Source of the DNA: Dermacoccus nishinomiyaensis
GTDB lineage: Bacteria > Actinomycetota > Actinomycetes > Actinomycetales > Dermatophilaceae
Assembly (NCBI RefSeq): GCF_900447535.1
Contig: NZ_UFXX01000002.1
Span: 496,561 to 560,560, forward strand
Reading direction: 5' to 3'
DNA: 64,000 bases
The notes below the pieces were generated by a model, which was given only the letters and a program-made list of their open reading frames with translations, was not told where the DNA came from and made no database searches. Numbering within the stretch: position 1 is the first letter of the stretch; every line of letters starts with the position of its first letter. The translations under genes were made by a program, and so were the position numbers. This document shows positions 59,468 through 64,000 of this stretch, piece by piece.

Positions 59468-60862
59468 TCAGTTCGTCAGCAGCTCACCTCCGAGCTGCGA
59501 GAGGCGGTACACCCAGTGCGAGACGGCGTTCTGCCCGAGGGCGAACGACAGCATGGCGAGGTCTTGCGTCTCCTTGAAGTACGCGATCATTCGCCCCTTG
59601 TAGAACAGGCTGTCGAGGGTGTCGTGCAGCGATTCCGCGTCGGGGCGTCGGTGATACACGGCTTCGTACTCTGGAGTGCCCTTCGGGAAGGGTTGGAGGT
59701 GCTCCGCGCGGTTGAACTTCGTGGCGACGTCTTCGAGAGTCTGATCGAGTCGCTCGCGGTGGATGAGGCCGCTGGGCAGGGCGTATTCGGCATACCAGCG
59801 GAACGTGCCGTCGGCCCGGCGTCGGCGGAGCACCTTGTGCAGGGGCAACGGTTCGTAGCGGCGCTTGCCTTCCACGGTGAGCGTCATGGCGCACAGAGCT
59901 CCGTCGCACGTCCACAGGTCGGTGCCGTCTTCGGCGCGCCTGAGTCGTCGCGGTTTGACGCTGCCGTGTGGTGGGGTGACGGGGATCGCGCCGATGGCGT
60001 TCAGGACGCGTTGGCGGTGCAGTCCACGGTGGGCGCCGTCCCATGCGACAGCGCGGATCGCGCCGCCGCACAGGTGTTGAATGCGCTCGATCATGGTGGC
60101 GCCCTGATCTGCCTCCCTGGCACCCACCTGCCGCTCCATACGCAGAATGACGCGGCCGTAGGGGTCTGAGGAAGGACGTGTCGATACGGTGACGTACTTG
60201 ACTCCGTAGACGGGGTTCCCGTCTTCCTCGCCGCATTCGTAGTACATCGCAGCGTCAGCCTGACGGACGGCCTTCTCGGTGCTCTTGCGTTGCCGCACGG
60301 ATGATTTGACGACGGTGCCGTCACCCCAAACCGTGCAACCGCGTGACGGCTCCATCCACGTGCTGTCATCTTCAGGGTCCAGGCAGCCCTGTGCTTGCGC
60401 TTGGCGCACCCACTGGGCGGCGGCTGCCTCTTGCAGGATCGGAAACACAGCAATGATGCGTTTGGTGTGATGCCGCACCGTGGAGCGGCAGGGCGGCTGC
60501 TGAGGCAGCCTGGCTGCGACCTCGTCCCCGTAGACCTCGCGAAAGAGGTCCACCACGGTGAACCAGTGTCGGGGGTACCGAAGCCAGTTGATCGCGGCGC
60601 GCTGGCTGCCGCGGGTACCGACTATGGCCGCGATGTACACCCACAGCCAGGACGGGTACCGACTGGGGCGGCCCATGCCGGAGGCGTTCGAAGCGGGGAC
60701 GAGCGCGCCGAGGCTCATGAGGTCTCTGTTGCGGATGACCGCTTCGACCCGCTGGTCGCCGATCAGTACAGCGTCACCGGACTTGATGCGCTTCACCAGG
60801 TCGTCGTTGTACAGCTGCGTCACACGGGCCCGCTCTCGGGTGAGCGCATCGGTGTTCATCAT
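59468..60862 (-). CDS. 464-aa protein of unknown function with a weak DDE-transposase-like C-terminal motif. Its start overlaps the stop of the integrase-like gene.
   Basis: ...VWGDGTVV..., ...AVAWDGAH..., and C-terminal RRPDAESLHDTLDSLFYKGRMIAYFKETQDLAMLSFALGQNAVSHWVYRL, which is reminiscent of IS4-like R..IE..F...K...A.NL. The match is too weak for a firm call. Confidence 0.45.
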   Translation of the reverse strand: MMNTDALTRERARVTQLYNDDLVKRIKSGDAVLIGDQRVEAVIRNRDLMSLGALVPASNASGMGRPSRYPSWLWVYIAAIVGTRGSQRAAINWLRYPRHWFTVVDLFREVYGDEVAARLPQQPPCRSTVRHHTKRIIAVFPILQEAAAAQWVRQAQAQGCLDPEDDSTWMEPSRGCTVWGDGTVVKSSVRQRKSTEKAVRQADAAMYYECGEEDGNPVYGVKYVTVSTRPSSDPYGRVILRMERQVGAREADQGATMIERIQHLCGGAIRAVAWDGAHRGLHRQRVLNAIGAIPVTPPHGSVKPRRLRRAEDGTDLWTCDGALCAMTLTVEGKRRYEPLPLHKVLRRRRADGTFRWYAEYALPSGLIHRERLDQTLEDVATKFNRAEHLQPFPKGTPEYEAVYHRRPDAESLHDTLDSLFYKGRMIAYFKETQDLAMLSFALGQNAVSHWVYRLSQLGGELLTN

Positions 60863-61809
60863 GGGGCGGCCTGCCAGTCCCAGTCGATCGCGGACGCTGC
60901 CGCGTCGAGCGATGTCACGCCAAGCAGACGCGCCGAATCCTGGATACGCCCCGTGCGGTCGAAAACGGCGCGGGCGGGATGCGCCGTCAGGGACGACGGC
61001 TTAATCGCCGGGTCAGTGTCGAGTCCGGCACGGATGATGACGTCTCGGATAGCGGTGCACGCGCGGGCCTGTTGCTGTGCGTCGGTGCCCTTGCCCGTGG
61101 AGACGAGGGTGCGCCCACCATCGGCGCCACCGACGAGGTCGACGCGCTCGGTGAGGACACGACGGCACCACGGCGACGCGATGCTGAGGGTGCGGGCCTG
61201 CACGCGTACGGTCCCAGGCGCTGCGATCAACCCGTCCCGCACGTCGCCGGGGCGAATCGACGCAATTTCGCCCGAGTGGACGCCGCTGAGGGCGAGGGCA
61301 ACTGTCGCCGCGTGGCGCGTGTGCGTCGCCCACGACTCGGCCTGGTACTCGATGAGTGCGACCTCATCGTCCGTGACCGGGCGTGTCAGCGACCGGCTAC
61401 GGGGCGGGAGATCGAGGTGCAGCGTCGGATCAGCGAGGAGGTACCCGGCGACGATCGCGTCGCGGGCCCACAGCCGGATGACGCTGCGTCGCTGATGCTG
61501 CGTCGATACCGATGGTGGCGCTTCGTTGCCCTGCCTGTCACGACCGTGCGCGCGGATGAAATCGCTCACGAGGTCGGGGGTGACGTCGGCGCAAATGAGG
61601 GCGCCCGTCGCGTAGGCGTAGCGGTCGAATCGCCCCATGAGCAGGGTGAACTTGTCGACGGTCTGAGGCGACATGTCGCCCGCACTGGCACGCTCGCGCC
61701 AGGTGGCGATGAGGACGCGGATGGCGGTCGATAGCGGCGTATCACTCATGGCGGCCACCAGCACATCGGCCTGGTCGAGAGTCAGTGGTGCCGGTCGCGT
61801 GGCGGTCAT
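60859..61809 (-). CDS. Tyrosine-recombinase (phage-integrase) fold protein with degenerate catalytic residues; probably non-catalytic.
   Basis: N-terminal SAM-like core-binding region. In the catalytic domain, Arg-I is replaced (ALSGVHSGEIASIRPGDV), the HxxR box is retained (LTAHPARAV), and the LGHss...Y box is replaced by LGVTSLDAAASAIDWDW, so there is no Tyr nucleophile. Confidence 0.6.
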   Translation of the reverse strand: MTATRPAPLTLDQADVLVAAMSDTPLSTAIRVLIATWRERASAGDMSPQTVDKFTLLMGRFDRYAYATGALICADVTPDLVSDFIRAHGRDRQGNEAPPSVSTQHQRRSVIRLWARDAIVAGYLLADPTLHLDLPPRSRSLTRPVTDDEVALIEYQAESWATHTRHAATVALALSGVHSGEIASIRPGDVRDGLIAAPGTVRVQARTLSIASPWCRRVLTERVDLVGGADGGRTLVSTGKGTDAQQQARACTAIRDVIIRAGLDTDPAIKPSSLTAHPARAVFDRTGRIQDSARLLGVTSLDAAASAIDWDWQAAP

Positions 61810-61858
61810 GCGCCCATCCCCAAGTGGTGCTCATGTGCACCATTAGAGGTGTAGGCAC

Positions 61859-61881
61859 CGACAACCCCGAAATTCCGGGCA
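61859..61881. promoter_or_regulatory. Copy B of the CGACAACCCCG-AATTCC-GGCA motif, immediately upstream of the XRE gene start and divergent to the recombinase-like gene.
   Basis: ccgacaaccccgaaattccgggcaaaatggggtgcATG. 21 of 23 positions match copy A at 779..805. Confidence 0.45.
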
Positions 61882-61892
61882 AAATGGGGTGC

Positions 61893-62219
61893 ATGAGTGA
61901 CGCCCGCACACCGCGCACAGCCCGCTACGTCGCGAGTGGCAGCTGGCCCGATGCGGTGCTGCGCGACGACGCCCCACCGCACGTAGAACGCGTGCAAGCG
62001 ACGTGCCGCAGCCTGCGTGACCACCTCCACGCGTCCGGCGAGTCCGTGCGTAGCGTCGCGGCGCGCGCCAATGTCGCGCACACGACGGTGACGCGAGTGC
62101 TCCGCGGTGAGACGTGGTGCGACGTCGCGACACTCGCCGCGCTGGAAGACGCGCTCGACGCAGACGTGTGGGTCATGCGCGGTTCGGAGAGTTTTGGGCA
62201 TGGGGGCACCCAGGAGTGA
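61893..62219 (+). CDS. Small XRE-family HTH regulator (about 108 aa)
   Basis: SVRSVAARANVAHTTVTRVLRGETWCDVATLAALEDALDADVW is a helix-turn-helix. Confidence 0.65.
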   Translation: MSDARTPRTARYVASGSWPDAVLRDDAPPHVERVQATCRSLRDHLHASGESVRSVAARANVAHTTVTRVLRGETWCDVATLAALEDALDADVWVMRGSESFGHGGTQE

Positions 62220-62371
62220 TGATTGCGTGCCCGCTGGGGGTGCCGTAGCATCGAAGGCGGTTCCAAGACCTTGATGACGGCTCTCGTATCGCCAGTTGAC
62301 GCTGGCGGCGGGAGCTTTCGTCTTTTCTGGGTGCACCCGATACGGGTGCTCACTCATGTATTCACGTGCTC

Positions 62372-63217
62372 CTAGCTCCGAGCCCGCTTGCGGCCCGGAT
62401 CGGTCGGGTAGGGCTCGTGACCGAACAACTCCGTCGCCGCTTGGACGCCATGCGAGACGCGCCGCAGTTCCTTGTCGCGGCGCAGGCCGACAATCGTCTG
62501 GTCGATCTGATTGTCGGTTGGTGCCGCGTCGCCGAACTGTTCCTTGACGGCTTCGCGGATGTCCTTATTCGCGATCGGGGTGCCATCCGGGGGGATGACT
62601 GTGCGCACCATGTCTCGCTGCGTCAGGGGCGTCACCCGGTAGGCGCGCCCACTCCCATGCAGCAGCAGACTCACGTCCTTGCCGCCACGGCTCGGTGCGG
62701 TCGTTGCTGCATTGTCGATCAACAGGTCAACGAGTTCGCGGGCAGCGTGCACAGCACCTGCTCGATCAAGAGCCGGTGCAGCCGCAACAAGGGTTCCTTC
62801 GGTCACGGGAACACCCTGATCAACGATGCGGGTCAGCTCAGGCTGGTCCACCTCTTCTCGAACGCGTCGCAGCAGTCCGAGAAGAAGTCGACTTCCCAGT
62901 AGTGGCGCGGTTTCCGGCGACCGTAGTAGTAAATCTGCTTCGTCATATTTAGGCAGCTCGCGCCCAAGCCTGATGGTCTCGCACATGTGCCTTTGCAGGG
63001 CCGTTTGCACGCCTGGCACGTCCCGATCAGGGCAACCCCGCAAAAGAGAGTTGAGCGTTTCCGCTACTGCCACGGCGACCACACCGCGTACCGTGACGCC
63101 GACGACGCGACCGGCCTCCAGGCATTTCAACCATTCGGTGTCACCCATGTCGGCGGGTCGAAACGGTGGACGCTTCCCAGTCCACAACTCCGCCTTCCGG
63201 GGCAGCGCTTCGCTCAA
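62372..63217 (-). CDS. 281-aa hypothetical protein, the second gene of an XRE-led pair
   Basis: No recognisable motif. It starts 28 bp downstream of the XRE regulator at 63245..63517 on the same strand. Confidence 0.5.
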   Translation of the reverse strand: MSEALPRKAELWTGKRPPFRPADMGDTEWLKCLEAGRVVGVTVRGVVAVAVAETLNSLLRGCPDRDVPGVQTALQRHMCETIRLGRELPKYDEADLLLRSPETAPLLGSRLLLGLLRRVREEVDQPELTRIVDQGVPVTEGTLVAAAPALDRAGAVHAARELVDLLIDNAATTAPSRGGKDVSLLLHGSGRAYRVTPLTQRDMVRTVIPPDGTPIANKDIREAVKEQFGDAAPTDNQIDQTIVGLRRDKELRRVSHGVQAATELFGHEPYPTDPGRKRARS

Positions 63218-63244
63218 TTTCGCGTCCGGGTATGGGCGGGTGCC

Positions 63245-63517
63245 TCAGGATGCTGAGTCATGCCACACTGGCGCCAGGAGCTCGTCAAGAGTCGCGTCGA
63301 AGGCCCTTGCCAGCATGAGCCAGGTGCGCAAGTCGCCCTTCGCTGCGCCGCGGGCGATGTTGGTGAGGGTTTGCCGGTGCAGGCCGGATGCTTCAGCGAG
63401 CTGCTCGAACGTCATCCCCGACTCCGCGCGGGCGGTGACAAGATATCTCGCAGGCGGCTTAGGTCTGGTTCGGGTGACGGCACGCCTCCCACGTTCTGGG
63501 CTGCCCCCCGCACGCAC
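63245..63517 (-). CDS. XRE-family HTH regulator; the true start is possibly MTFEQLAEASG at about 63415.
   Basis: MTFEQLAEASGLHRQTLTNIARGAAKGDLRTWLMLARAFDATLDELL. Confidence 0.65.
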   Translation of the reverse strand: MRAGGSPERGRRAVTRTRPKPPARYLVTARAESGMTFEQLAEASGLHRQTLTNIARGAAKGDLRTWLMLARAFDATLDELLAPVWHDSAS

Positions 63518-63642
63518 AGTACATAGTCATGTACTTTCATGGCGGGGGTTGGAAGTGCTACCCCCTAGTGTCACGCGTCTGAACTTGTTTGACGAGTTGG
63601 GTGGGGCGATTGTAGTTCAGCGGTTACTGTATCGTTCAGTGC

Positions 63643-64000
63643 ATGCTGACTCTTGCTTCCCGCTTGGACGCCATGCAGCGTCTGGGCCGGGCGATGGCCG
63701 ACCCCACGCGTTCACGGATCCTTCTGTCGCTTCTGGCGTGCCCCGCGCATCCGGCAGAGCTCGCCAACGCGCTAGACCTGACGCGCTCGAATGTGTCGAA
63801 CCACCTGGGTTGCCTGCGGGACTGCGGGATCGTGGTCGGCACCCATGAGGGCCGCCAGGCCCTTTACGAGATCGCTGACCCCCACCTCGCACGTGCGCTC
63901 ACCGAGCTGGTCGAGGTCAAGCTGGCCGTCGACGCGGACGCCCCCTGCCTCGACGTCGCCTGCGAGGTGCCTGGTTGCCACGACGGCAGGTCCGGCGCAT
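63643..64000 (+). CDS. ArsR/SmtB-family metalloregulator (CmtR-like, with C-terminal Cys cluster). The 3' end is truncated by the window.
   Basis: Hand translation gives MLTLASRLDAMQRLGRAMADPTRSRILLSLLACPAHPAELANALDLTRSNVSNHLGCLRDCGIVVGTHEGRQALYEI...CLDVACEVPGCHDG. It is not in the ORF track because there is no stop. Confidence 0.72.
   Translation, partial: MLTLASRLDAMQRLGRAMADPTRSRILLSLLACPAHPAELANALDLTRSNVSNHLGCLRDCGIVVGTHEGRQALYEIADPHLARALTELVEVKLAVDADAPCLDVACEVPGCHDGRSGA

Noticed and set aside
59468-60862. Confident IS4/IS701 transposase call, or RepSA/AICE replication-protein call.
   Set aside because: The C-terminal resemblance to the DDE_Tnp_1 signature is partial; the conserved Lys/Arg after the catalytic Glu is not found. 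No HUH/Y motifs for rolling-circle replication proteins were convincing. I left it as unknown with a low-confidence note.

Overview
This is a 64-kb stretch of a very high-GC (about 70%) actinobacterial chromosome. The backbone is housekeeping and is syntenic, in inverted order, with the Mycobacterium tuberculosis Rv0985c-Rv1020 neighbourhood. Its genes run mfd, pth-rplY-prs-glmU, rpfB-ksgA-ispE, tatD-metG, rsmI/pmt, then mog/moaC/moeA-galU and mscL. Several accessory or unusual pieces interrupt this backbone: (1) An XRE-HTH/TPR regulator sits divergent to a 56-aa signal-peptide microORF. (2) A decayed locus holds an S1 protease pseudogene, an AT-rich patch and an aberrant tRNA-like sequence. 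(3) A TetR/MarR/TetR/ABC-F cluster. (4) An IS3-family element is inserted into a short tandem-repeat locus whose units (TGTGGACG..GAATCGC.G) recur at four intergenic sites. (5) A 2.8-kb tRNA-Ala(CGC)-linked tyrosine-integrase islet with two envelope-protein genes. (6) A 39-nt poly(G) homopolymer lies upstream of an Rv0996-like membrane protein gene. (7) A 1322-aa Upf1-like helicase is fused to a C-terminal endonuclease-like domain. (8) A tRNA-Arg(CCT)-adjacent module combines a catalytically degenerate tyrosine-recombinase-like protein, translationally coupled to a 464-aa unknown protein, with two XRE regulators and an ArsR regulator. Many long perfect palindromes punctuate intergenic regions, and one lies in-frame inside metG. 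No CRISPR array, rRNA or prophage structural genes were seen. All calls rest on reading the ORF translations and the DNA by eye; no database search was possible.
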